A stretch of DNA of 64,000 nucleotides, from the IMG/VR virus record IMGVR_UViG_3300029197_000003; one strand, 5' to 3'. Made by a program: the position numbers and the translations under genes. This document shows, in pieces, positions 15,701 to 28,000 of this stretch. The notes beneath the pieces were generated by a model, which was not told where the DNA came from, searched no databases, and worked only from the letters and a program-made list of their open reading frames with translations. How positions within the stretch are numbered: the stretch's first letter is position 1; each line of letters begins with the position of its first letter. The stretch comes from a virus.

Positions 15701-16000
15701 AAATATCCATCTGCGCATAATTGCGACTGCTCATAGTGATATAAGCGTTATATGGATTTTCAAAGTCTCCAAGCTTAAAGCCGCCGTTTTTCTCTATGGC
15801 GTGTTGTAAGTCCTGAAGAGGAGAAAGCATGTCAACCCACGCGGTACGTTCAAGGTGCGAACCTCTCGTCACAAGTCTTTCATAAGTATCCTTGGCAAGG
15901 ATTTCCTGCAAATTATCCAGTTCTCCGCGGAGCAAAACGGAGTGCTCCTTCTTCTCCGTGTCGGTCATCGCGTTCTTCCCAGCCTTCAATTTATAACGCA
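12777..16000 (-). other. giant ORF: C-terminal module of about 1,070 aa with a hydrophobic cluster
   Basis: It contains YYIPLRGFDE (about 15226-15262). I recall a PLxRFG-type motif in large phage proteins, but this is unverified. A TM-like cluster AGMLMWDGAAVTLGMLSAMCIPLMLSAIGG lies at about 13805-13915. Confidence 0.35.
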
Positions 16001-19000
16001 TGGCAATACGCTCCGCTTCGGCTACATAGCGTCCCTTTTCGCCTGTCTTCAAATTCTGATAGCTACACCAAAGTATATAAGCAAGTTCCCTATCGCTCAA
16101 CTCACGGTTTTTCAGGCCCAAGAACTCCAGCGCACGGTTAAACAGTCTTCGGAGGGTAGCAAACAAGCCGCGTTCTTCTGCCGTCATACGTTCAAAGTCC
16201 GTGCGCTCTGCAAGCCCTGCAAGATATTCTTCTGTGGCGGTACGGAAATTCCATCCTTTTCCGCGACGCAATTCGTTGATAGCGTCTTTCACTTCCTGCG
16301 AAGCTGCCGCAAGAACGCTGTCAAGAAAAGCATCCATCACGTTATGGCCAAATAACTCTCTCAGTCCGTGATGGGCTACGGCTTCATGCAGGATGGTCTG
16401 CGTCACGTCTGCTGCGTCAGTGTTGTTCGACAATACCACGTGGATTTGCCCCGTTCTGGTATCATACCAGCCTTTGGCCGTGGCCTCTCTTCCTTCAAGG
16501 CCTTCGGCGCTTTCATGCACGACAACTCTGCCGCCAAGGTTGAGGTTCTCGGTGGCTTTCTGCGCGGCTTGGGCTGCCTCAACCTTTATCTTGGTGATGG
16601 TTTCTTCAAGCCCAATGTCATCGTTGCGGAACATAATGCCGCCATCTGCAACATTTTTGGAAGAACTTTCGTTAATATCAAATAATGTCGGTATCTTTGC
16701 ATCCGAAGAAAGGAATTCACCAGAGTACGTTACGGACGTAGGGAGTAGGGAGTCTTTTATCTCCATAACTCGCTGGCTGATACCTTTCTTTTTTGATTTA
16801 AAGAAACTCTTTGCAGTAAGGTTTCCCTTTTTTGTACTGCACACCTCAGTCAGGTTATACAATCCGTTACCAGCATCTTTCAAGAAGAAGAACAATTTGC
16901 GTCCGTCTTTCTTGTCCACGCCATAGAGTATGCCGTCTGGCTGGTTCAACACGTCCACCATATTCTGAATATCTTCATCTGTAAGTGGCACATTGTTACC
17001 TTTGTCCTTTTCATTCTCGCCATAATGGTCTGAACGGATATGGTTCAAGTCAGATGGATTGAGAACAAAGTCCACAAACTCTTTAAACTTCAAATCCGAC
17101 AATTTCTCCAAGTATGCCTTCCCGTCTGCACTCAACCGACCGATGCTTGCTGGTTTCCCGACAAACTCTCCTGTCTTTGCTTTTTGAAACAACTCGGTTA
17201 CTCGTTTTTTCATATCTGCTATAGTTGTAGCGACTTGGTGGTTTTCTTCGACCTTACCATCACTGAACTTAGTATCACCGAATCCTGTCTTCCTGCGCAT
17301 AACCACAGTATCAGCGGCATCGAATACGGTAGGCTTACCACCATTCTTCTTACGCTTGTAGGCTTCATGTAGAATAAACGCCCAGTCCTTATCACTCCAC
17401 TTTCTCTTGCCTGGGATTTTTAATCCGTCCAGCAATTTTTGTAGAGCCTTTTGAAGTATGGTGGTTAGCTTGCCCCAGAACGTAAGTTCCTCGGCGCTCA
17501 TCGTCTCAAAGCCGCTTTCACCGATGCGTCCAGCAAGGTCGGCAGCATACTCCTCTGTGGCATCACGCCTGAACTGCTCACTCTTCTTACTTGCCTCAGA
17601 ACGAGCCTTTTCAATGTCAGTATGATATAAAGTGTTAGTATCCTCGCCCTTCGCCTCATGCTCCTTGCGCTTTCTCTCGCGCAATCGGTCCACCTCAGCA
17701 TCGTACATCTTCTGTGCCATGCGGTCAATCGTGCCGCGTATCTCGTCCTTAGACACACGATAAAGTTCATCAAGAGCATTGTTCAGCTTCGCTTCATCGG
17801 GGAACAACACACGTAAACCATCATGTCCCACAACCTCATGCACAAACGTATTTTCAATATCTGCCATGTTAGCGTTGTTTGATACTACAATAGTCACCTC
17901 GCCAGTTATAGGATTGAAGCTGCCTTTCATTCTGCGCTGACGTACACTTGGAAGTGCTGCCACTTCTGCCTCTGTGCGGATTATGCGCACAGGAGTATGC
18001 AGACGTTCAGACAACTCGGTCACTCTCTCGCTCATGGCGCTTTCCATTACTTCCTTGGGTTCTCCGACCCACTTGCCAGCCGTCTTCGCATTGATGCGTG
18101 CAATATCCTCGTTGCTGATGAATGGCAGTTGGCCCTCACGTCCAGGGATAACATCACGACCCTCCCAATTCTGCTTGTCGAGTGCAAGACTTTCTACTGG
18201 TGTCAGTTCCTTACCATCCAACTCGAAGCGATAACCCATCTTTTCCAACTCCCTGCGAACCTGCGGTACAAAGCGGTTGTAGTCTCGGTGGCTCTTCAGA
18301 GCCTCACGCTTGCCAGGATGCTTCTTCCAATACTCGTCAATCATCTTCGCCTCTTCTTCGCGTGTGAGCACCTTGTCTATTTTGCTCCAACGTGAAAGAT
18401 ACAGCGTGCGGCCGTTGTTCCACTGATGTGCGCCAGTAGGCAACAGGGCATAATCAGCATGGAATGGCTCGTCTATCTCCGATTTTGGAATGAGGCTGCG
18501 AACCACAACAAGGTTCGGTCTCTTATTTGCCTCGCCAAACTGCGTGTTCAAAGGTGTTTCAATGGCATGGTCATAGGGGTCGTATGCAGCCCACAAACCC
18601 TTGTCTTTGGGGTTCTTCTTCAGGAAGTACTGCAACTGTGCCTCCTTGGTCTTCGGCTTTACGAATTTCAAGCCATCGTTAATCTGCAACTCTGTGCTCT
18701 TCTTGCCGTCAACCATGATGTAGCCATTTTTGTTGAGTTCGTCTAACTTTCGCTGCTGCTCATCGGTCAGTTTTATCTGCGGTGGATTGCTGTAGTTCCA
18801 CTTTCCACCCTCCAATGTCCTGCGCTCCCCTGTCTCAGCATCGCTGAATGCCATAGGCGAACCGAGTGTATCATCCTCAAAGGCCTGCACATTGCGATAC
18901 ACTGGCACAAGTTCACTGTCTGGCAGTGCCTCCAGCTCCATTGCCTTCGGGTCGTCAGCATCCAACAAACGGAACTTGGTCTTGTCTTCTTCCGATTGAC

Positions 19001-22000
19001 CAAGTTTGTTATACTCGGCATCGAGTTCTTTCTGCTTGGCAATGGCTTCATCAAGTTCTTTCTGCTTGGAGAAGGGCGCATCGCCCTTAGGCATGGTCTT
19101 CAACATCTCGCTGTTGGTATCATACTCACGATGGTACACCTCGTTGTTATGAATTATCTGCTCCAACAGACTGCGGAATACAAGACCTGCCTGTGTCGGG
19201 TCTTGCGGCATTCGCTTTGTGTAACGGATGCTCCATGCGTTGTTGCCTCCAATCTGCACCTCGTAGTGTGAAGACAGCAAGTCATCGTCTGTGACAAACA
19301 CGATATCGGCACGCTGACCGAAACCTGCAAGCACCACTTTTTTATTGTTCTTCAGTTGTTCGAGTATATACTGACCAGCTTCCTTTGGTTTGTCAAAGTT
19401 CTGTCCATAATAGGAATCTTCCACGGTTACCTTGACCTTTGAGGGATATGTGCCTTTATCATCTGGTTTGAAACCCTCTCTTTGTAAGTCATGAACATCA
19501 CTATCGCTTAACGAGATAAGGCGTTTCAAGTTCTCCACTTTCTTTGTCACTGTCTCGTAGTTCTGTCTCTTGCGCTGTTGGTCACGCAAGAAACCATTAT
19601 AAAGAGACTTCAACTTCTTCACCAACTTATCTTGCTTTGATTTCTCAAAGATAATTGGATTGCCCGAAAGCAAAGCAACCATCTGTGCAGGGTCGATATT
19701 GCCGTTTTCGTCAGCATCACCCTCGTCAAAGCTACGCTCACCAGATATGGTTCCCATCTTAAACTGCGTGAACATCTTGCCCTTCGCGTCAAGTAATTGA
19801 TACTTGTATAAGTCAAGGCTTCCCTCAGTGGCATAGTAGTGTACACGTACCTTATTATTGAGGAAATCATGAGCCACAACATTGCCCTGTCTGCTACCAC
19901 GACCAATACACTGCTCCAAGTCGGCAGGTTGCCATGGCACGGTCAGCATGTGCAGGTCAGTGATGCGTGTCTGTACATTCACACCAGTACCCATGTTTCG
20001 TGTACCTCCAATAAGAATGCGTACTTTGCCGTCACGCACCTTTTGGAACAATGCTTCCTTTTCCGTATCGTTCTTCACCTGCTGAATGTAGGCTATCTCA
20101 TCACGTGGTATGCCATAGTCTTTTGTCAGTCGGTTTATAATGTCATGATATGCATCGTATTTATTGCCCTTTGTTGGAACACCAAGTTCACAGAACACAA
20201 GTTGCACGCCTTTTTGCTCCTTCATTTCGTCATACGACTTCTTGATATTGTCACAGCAATAGGAAATCTTACCAACACTATCGTCCATATCTGGGAACAC
20301 AAGGCGCGGACTGACTGCCGCTTTTGCAGATATACCCGATGCGACAAGTCCCCATGGGAATTTCTTCGGGTTTATCGGGTGAATACCAAAATAGCTACCG
20401 TCCTTGGTCCGAAGCATCTTCACAACCTCGCGGTTTATCTCTGCTACTGCATCTGACTGTGGAACAATCACCGTCTTGCCGTCCACCTTTGGCTTGGGTA
20501 GTTGCAGGTTATAGTCGTTGCGCACATCGGCTATTTCCGCATAGAGTTGCGACAATTCTGGAACATTGTCGAAATAGCGGAAACGGTCTTTCATCTTGAA
20601 CTCGTTGGAAACACCAGCCTCTAACTCTGACGAATGTACGGCAAAGGTGCTTGCCCATGCGTCAAAGGTCGGCATACCCAACTGCTCCAGTTTGCGCGGG
20701 CGCAAATAGTTGAGCAAGTTGTATATCTCAACAAGAGAGTTTGTGATGGTCGTTCCCGAAAGGAATACTGTACCCTTGTCACCTTGGTGCATCTTCTGCA
20801 AGTGACGGATGCCTGTCAGCAAAGCAACGGCTTTGTTTGAACCTGATGCTTCGCCCAATCCTGCCACATTCTGGTAACTTGTGACATAGGGCAATGATTT
20901 GAACTGATGACACTCGTCCACAAACAGATAGTCTATACCCATGTTCTCAAAGCAGAACTCGCGGTCGGTGCTACGGTCAAGTCGTTTCTCCAACTTGGCG
21001 TGCAGGTTCTGTCTGCGCTTTTCAAGCGATTTTATCTGTCGCTTGGTGAGCTGGCTCTTGTCTCCTGTGCCATAAAGGTATTCAATCATGGCATCAAGCT
21101 GTGCAAGCTGCTCATTCACTACATCGCCTTCTGCCTCCTCAGAGTGAGGTATCTTGCAATATTGCTCATGGCTAACGATGATACAGTCATAATCGTTAAG
21201 CGAGATATTAGCGAAGAACTTCTTGCGGTTCTCTGTACTGAAGTCCTTTTCTGATGGTGCAAGAACACGCGCGGTAGGATAGGCCTCCTTGAACTCGCGG
21301 GCTATCTGTGGCACTGTTGACTTCAATGCCACAATCATAGGTTTCTTGGCTATGCCCATTCTGCGCATTTCCATAATGGCAGACTGCATTACAAGTGTTT
21401 TACCTGCACCTACGATATGGTCAACGATACCGCCTCGATTATTGATGAGCATCCATACGGCATCTTTTTGATGCGGACGGAGTTCCTTGCCCATCAATCC
21501 AGGCACGTTGAGGTGTGAGCCATCCCACTTGCGGAGCACTATGCGGTTGAAGCGGTCATTGTATGCTCGTTCCATTATCTGTATTCTTGCATCGTTACCA
21601 GGCAACCATTGCTCAAAATGCTCTCTGAGGTCGGCCACCTTGCTGTTGGCAAGCTCGGTTGCCTCCTGGTCTATCCATGTGTTGCCGTCTTTGTCCTTAC
21701 GCACAATGCGGAAGTCCTTGTCTTCAAGTGCTACTTGGAATATCTCCTTGATGCTCTTGTCGGCTGTCTTCCAATCATCTGCCTGTCCTCCAAGTTCCTT
21801 TTCTTCAATATTGATTTCAAAGGAGTCGGTTTCGGGAACGTACACCACACCACTCTTGATGATTTCTCTACGCTCACCGTCAACCCACTCATAGTTGCGT
21901 GAAGACGATGCGTGCAATCCAAGGGTCTCTTTCACAAAGTCGTTGAGCACTTCTTGTGGTATCCATCGTGCACCAAGGTGTATTGTGATGTCGTCGAATG

Positions 22001-25000
22001 GTATAGTGGCTGGCTGCACCTGTTCCAACTCCTTGACATTGCGTTCAAAGGTCGGGTCTGTTGCAGCTGCGGTCTTTGCCTCCTCCAATTTGGCTACTAC
22101 ATCGCCACTGAGGTATTCATCGCGTGTTACATAACGGTCTGTGGCATTAGGCTCCTTGAAAACAAGGTCGCCACACTGCTCAAACCAGTCTGCGCCCAAC
22201 GTCTTTTCGATATACTCGCCACGGATTTCACCATATTCTGCTAACGAGGTGGTTATGGCTTCCTGCGGTGTCTTAGCATCTTCAAGTTTGAGGGCTGGCT
22301 TGATTGTGTTCTTGGTGAAGATGTCGGACAATCCTTGGAACTTGCCGCCTTTCCATACTTCAAGTGCTTGCAGTGTATAGCCGTCAATGTCACTGAGGAT
22401 AACAGCGTTGTCGGTGTCCTGCAATTTGCCGTACTTGCTGACGAACTCACCGTAGGCTCGTTTGAGCTTGGCACGTAGCATGTTGAGCTTCGTGTCCGAA
22501 AGTCCATCAATCTGCCCTGCAATGAGTTCTTTCATGGCTGTACGCACCTCGCCCATGGCAATAATGCGCATCTTCTGCTTAGCCAGCTGTGGCTGCTCCT
22601 CAAACACTCTTGTCACCTCGCCATACTCATTCTTGGTGGCGGTCAGCACACCGACCTTGCCGTCTTGAATAACAAGGTTGCCTGTACTTACCCAGTTGCC
22701 ATCACCTTTATACTCCTCACGAACGGCTTGTTTAACCTCACGTGATGTGCGTGTGGTGTCAAAGAGCATTCCCTTGCGGTCGCCAACAATGCGCTTCACT
22801 GCTTTCTCCACCTCCTTGGCTATCTGGTCGGTGGTCAGTTCGCTATGCAAGCCGAAACTCTTGTCGTTATATTGGTTCCCTGCCACTACATCGCCTATCA
22901 TGTTCTTGCGGTTGCTCGCATAGTAGGCATTGTGCGACACCTTTTGCTTCTCACCATTGCGTTTGTTGGGTGCAGTGGTCTCGGCAGAAGACAGAAATGC
23001 TTGTTCGCGTGCAACATAGTCGGGGTTCTCGCGCGTCTTTTGTGCATCCTCTTCATCTTTCCACTTGCGGATATAGATGATGTCGGCCATTGCGCCTGTG
23101 CCTTGGAATGTGTTGTCGGGCAGTCTGACTGCTCCGAGGAACTCGCCCTGCTCGGCAATGTATCTACGGATATGCTGGTTACTCTGCGTATCCATCACAG
23201 CAGGACTTGTCATCATGGCAACAATTCCGCCAGGACGTGTAAGTTCGAGCATCTTCACAGCATAGTAGTTGTGAATTCTCTTCTGTGCCGACCGCTTAAT
23301 AGGGCTATTGTCGTTCTTCCATGTCGGGTCGTTTACTTCGATGTCACCAAATGGCACGTTACTTGTCACCACATCTTGCGAGTTCGGTGTAAGTCCTGAC
23401 TTTTCAAAGCCACAAATGCGCACATCAGCATCTGGATAAAGGGCGCGTGAAATCTGTCCCGAAAGCCAGTCAAGTTCAACGCCAGTTATCATTGTGCGCC
23501 CTTGAATGTCCTTCGGAAGTGTTCCCTCAAAGATACCGTTGCCCATTGAGGGGTCAAGGAAAGTGCCACCTTTGAAACCTGCAAGCGAGAGGAAAGAGTT
23601 CATCGCACTTGCAATCTTGGTCGGAGTATAGTATGACGATAGGGCAGCTCGCTTGATACCTGCAAACACGCCTTTCTTGCCATCTGGGTCAAGCGTGTCT
23701 ATTGCATCTGCGAGTCTATGGTATGGCGAATTGCCGTAGGTGTTCCTGCGCATCTGGTCAACCGAATAGAACTTGCTCAGCTGGTCTATCTGTCCCCAAC
23801 CACGGAAACGAGAAAGTATCTGTTTTTCCTCATCGGTGGCCTTACGTCCCTCTTTGAAGAGTTTGGCTATTACCTCAATGGCTGACACATTGCCCTCCAA
23901 ACGCTGTGCAGGAGTGTAGTTGTCGGCTTCATTGCCGTCTGTGCCATAGTGGAAGTTATTTGTAAACTTGCGCACAGGTGTACGCTGCTTCTTTACGGCA
24001 GAAGGTCTACTTCCCTCGCCAGTGGAGCTGGCAGGTTCTCCCGAAGAAAGTTCTTTTCCTCCTCCGTCAGTCTCTCCTGTCTGAACAGTGCGCGGTCCAG
24101 CAACTCGTCCACGCTCATCCGTGGCTCCGTTGGAAACTGTTCTATTAGCTGCGCTCTCATCACGTCCCCGATTTCCGACTGGTGGTTGTATTCCCCCGAC
24201 CTCATCAGTTCCATGTACTGCTCCGTCAGCTGCTTCTCGTCCGTTCTCACGGCTTGCATCAGTTGACCGCTCTCCGTCAGTTCCTGTAACTGCTGTGGTG
24301 CGTTTTCCTCCATCAGTTCCAGTTTCATCAATGCCCACGGTGTTCGGGCGTTCTCCTCCAGCCACTGTTTGGCTTGGGCTACTGCTATTGCTGTCTGCTG
24401 TTCCATTATTATTCGGTTTATCGAGCGGCCCAGCAAACAAATCGCCTACTGGCTGCTCTGGTTTAACTTTCTTAGTTGTCTTTTGGGCTGCTGATTTAGG
24501 TTTGCCTACTGGCTTTTCTGATGCAGTATGCTGAACACCGCCATTTTCAGAACGCCTCGTCACATCATCATTAATATGTATGCCTTCTGGCAATGCCGCA
24601 ACTGCATCCTCGTTAATACCATCCTCGTAGAAGTAGCCACCCTCATCATTTTTAGATACTATATGTCTCTTTGCAAAAGCCTTATCAGCTATCTTTTCAC
24701 TAAAACCCTTGTCATTAAGCAACTTCTTGTAAGTTTCCACATAACCATCCTTACGCAAAGACAGACGCACATCCGTCATGATTCTCTCACCCAAAAGTGT
24801 ACGAGCAGCTTGCGCATCAGGATTATTATCCACAAGTTCCTTGAATAACGGATGTTCCGTTATACGCTTGATAAGTTCAGTGTCGCTGATTGTGTTTGAT
24901 TCTGGCTTATGGCGCAACTGGTCGGGATGAGCATTAACCCACAAGACAGGAGCAAGACCTGTATCTATGAGGTAACCTCCCTCATCATTAGGATGCGCCA

Positions 25001-28000
25001 CAACAGCATCAGTCCATGTGCGGCCACCATCGGTTGAATACTGCACCTTGTCACCTGCTGCAAACTTACCATCTGAAACCTCAGTACGCTCAGGTAGATA
25101 CTTGTAGACTTCACGCTTCACCTTATCCAACAGTTCTGAATACGTCACGTCTTTGTTAACCCATACATTTATGCCATAGCGTCTGTCATAGCGGCCATTG
25201 CCATTAGGATTATCCACGCGAAACATGATACGAGTCACTTTGAGGTTGTCACCTTCAAATTTGGCAACACCTCTACCTGCTGATGGTACGAGTTGAATAT
25301 TCACATACAGCTCACGCCCCTCTTCCAATGGCAAGTGCATACTAACATCACCTCCTAAAGGAGCAATGTTTGCCACAGCAAGCGGTTTCGTCTTGCGTTT
25401 ACCTTTCTTGTCGGCCTCTCCGTGTGTAGCCTCGAAGCGGTCAAGTCCAAGGTCGTCAATCAACTGACTTGCAAGGTTTGCCGCATCCTTCACGGCCTTC
25501 TTCTCTGCATTACGCATGTAGCCGTATGCCTCGTTGTAGTCCTTCTCCACCTGCTCAGCCTCATAGTAGCCAAGCAGGGCAAGCTGCTCATTTACCTTGT
25601 CGAGGGTTTCGTCTACTCTTTCGGATGCTCCTCCAAGTTCTTGTCTATCGCTTGAAGTTTCTGCGAGATTTTCAACTTCGCTTGCAACAGACGTTGCTTT
25701 GCTTCCAATAGCATCTGTATTTGCTGCTGTCTGTTTTTCGGTTTCTTTTCGTTGCTCATTTCTTGTTGCTTTTAATTCATTGTTTGCTTTTTCTGCTGCC
25801 ACTTGTGCCTTGCCTTCCTCAACTATCATATTGGCTTGGGCAAACACATCTTTATGAGGCTTATCGAAGTTCTCCACATCAAAGGCATCAACTTCCTCTG
25901 TAGGAGTAAACATCGCTTGGTCATAACCAGGAATGCGTTTTGCACCCTCATAAAACGATTTCAGCCACGGCTTGATTTTATAGCCGAGACGGCTGACCAT
26001 TGCCTTTGCAAATTCGGGGAATTTCACAAAGCCTTGGTCAATATACCCCAATGAGTAGTTCACACCTGCATTGTACACAAAACGTCTCTGTTGAGAGGTC
26101 ATCGCATCGGGGTCACGGAACTTTATACCTCCGTCCAACTCTTCATCGCCAATACCAAGCAATTCACGAAGAATGTCCTCATCATGTTTCATTTCATCAG
26201 TAATGACAAGTTTCTTCTCACCATTCAGCTTTGGTTGCTCAGCTTTAGTCGGCTCTGATGGCTTCTGCTCTGCCACATCTGCGACCTCTACACGGTTTGC
26301 AGGCTTCTTGGCTGCGGTCTTCTTGCTTGCCGTTGGCTTCTTCGGCTCCACTGCATCGCGAAGCTCCTGCGCTGTCATTGGCTGATTATCTGCAACGGCT
26401 TCCTCATTACCAACCATTTCTGCGGCCTTGCGTGCGTCCTCTTCACTACGGAACATCCAACCACCGCTCTCACGGTCTTTCCAACCGCGTGCTGGGGCAA
26501 AGCGTCCCTCGCCTATACGCTCCTTAGCAAACTCCTTGACAGCACGCTCTTGGTCGGCTGTCAAGTTATGGTCAAACGTGAGCAGTGAAACATCACTCGT
26601 CTTACCTTTCTTGTTGGTATAGGTAGATGGAGTGATGGTGTACCCCTTGCTCTCGCTTGTTTTGGTCTGCTTTGTTTCAGCCTTTGTAGGTGTCGCTTCT
26701 TCCTTAGCAGGAGCATTGCCTATTGTCTCTTTCTTCACCCCAGCATACTCCGCAAAAGGTTTGGTCTTTCTCTTGCTCGACTCTATCCACTTTTCAAAGT
26801 CTTCGAGGTTCACTGCCGTCACGTCAATTCTGCGCCCATTCTCCCAACCCTTTTCATAGTTGGAAAGATAGGCGTTCCGTGCCTCTTCCATACTGTTGAA
26901 GCCAAGCATCACCTTGTGTTCGTCAAACGTGCCGTCTGGGTTGTACTGGTCAACCACAAACACATATTTGCCGTCCCACTTATCCATATCTTCTGCAAGG
27001 AACACGTCTATATGGTCGCCGTCCACGCCCTCCGTGCCACGGATATAGCCGTAGGTATTGTTCATCTTCACGCTCCACTTCTTGCCATTGGCATCCGTAC
27101 CGCTACGCTCGCTTCCCTTTGGGTTTTCGATGGTAACGTCAAACGCGCCAACCTTCACGTGGCCCATTTTGTAGTTACCTGCCTTCTTCTGGGCTTCGGT
27201 GGGAGAGGTCTCTACTTCGGCCGACGCGGATTTTACAGCGGATTGGGTGGAATTTTTCGGTCTGTTTTCTTGGGTGGATGGGGAGGATTCTGTAACTTTG
27301 TCGGTAGATAACTCCCTTTCAGCAGGATATTGGTCGGAATTGGGCCGACCCAGAAGTGCCTCTTGTTCGGGAGTTATTTCTTTGCTCTTATATATGATTT
27401 CCTCATTTTCAGAAAGATTTGCATTACTCCTACGACCAAACAGAGTAGTTATAGCGTTTACTTCTATGTCTCGTCCAGCGTTTTTCACATCAGCGCCGAC
27501 AACAACATAATCCCCTTTTTCTGTTTTAAGTGCAGTATATATACGGAATCCCTTCTCTTTATTTTTAAGCTGCGTTATAGCAAACGGATGCTCAATTGCA
27601 TGAGGAATTTGCTCCCATTCAGACTTTGTAAAATCATGCGAACCATCCTTTCCGAAATGACGCGCAATCACACCATACCTGATAGTGAATTTTGAGCCAG
27701 TCATTCCAAGATGCTTCATAAAATCGGGGGCCTTCGCGAAGTCAAAAAAATTTCTATTGAAAATCTTTGAAGCATAATCCTTTCCTTTTTTGTAGATTGT
27801 ATTAAGGACATTTTCTATTGTGGAGTTTAATTCGGATTCTGCTTCTTCGCTGGCACGCTTCGCTTCTTCTTCAGCCTTTCGTTTCGCCTCCGCTTCAGCT
27901 TTCTCTTTAGCTATCCGTTCCTCCACCACCTTTGCTCTCTGCTGGGCAGGAACTTCTGCTATAGCCTTCCACTTGTCAAGTTCTTCCTGCGCTTTGGCAA

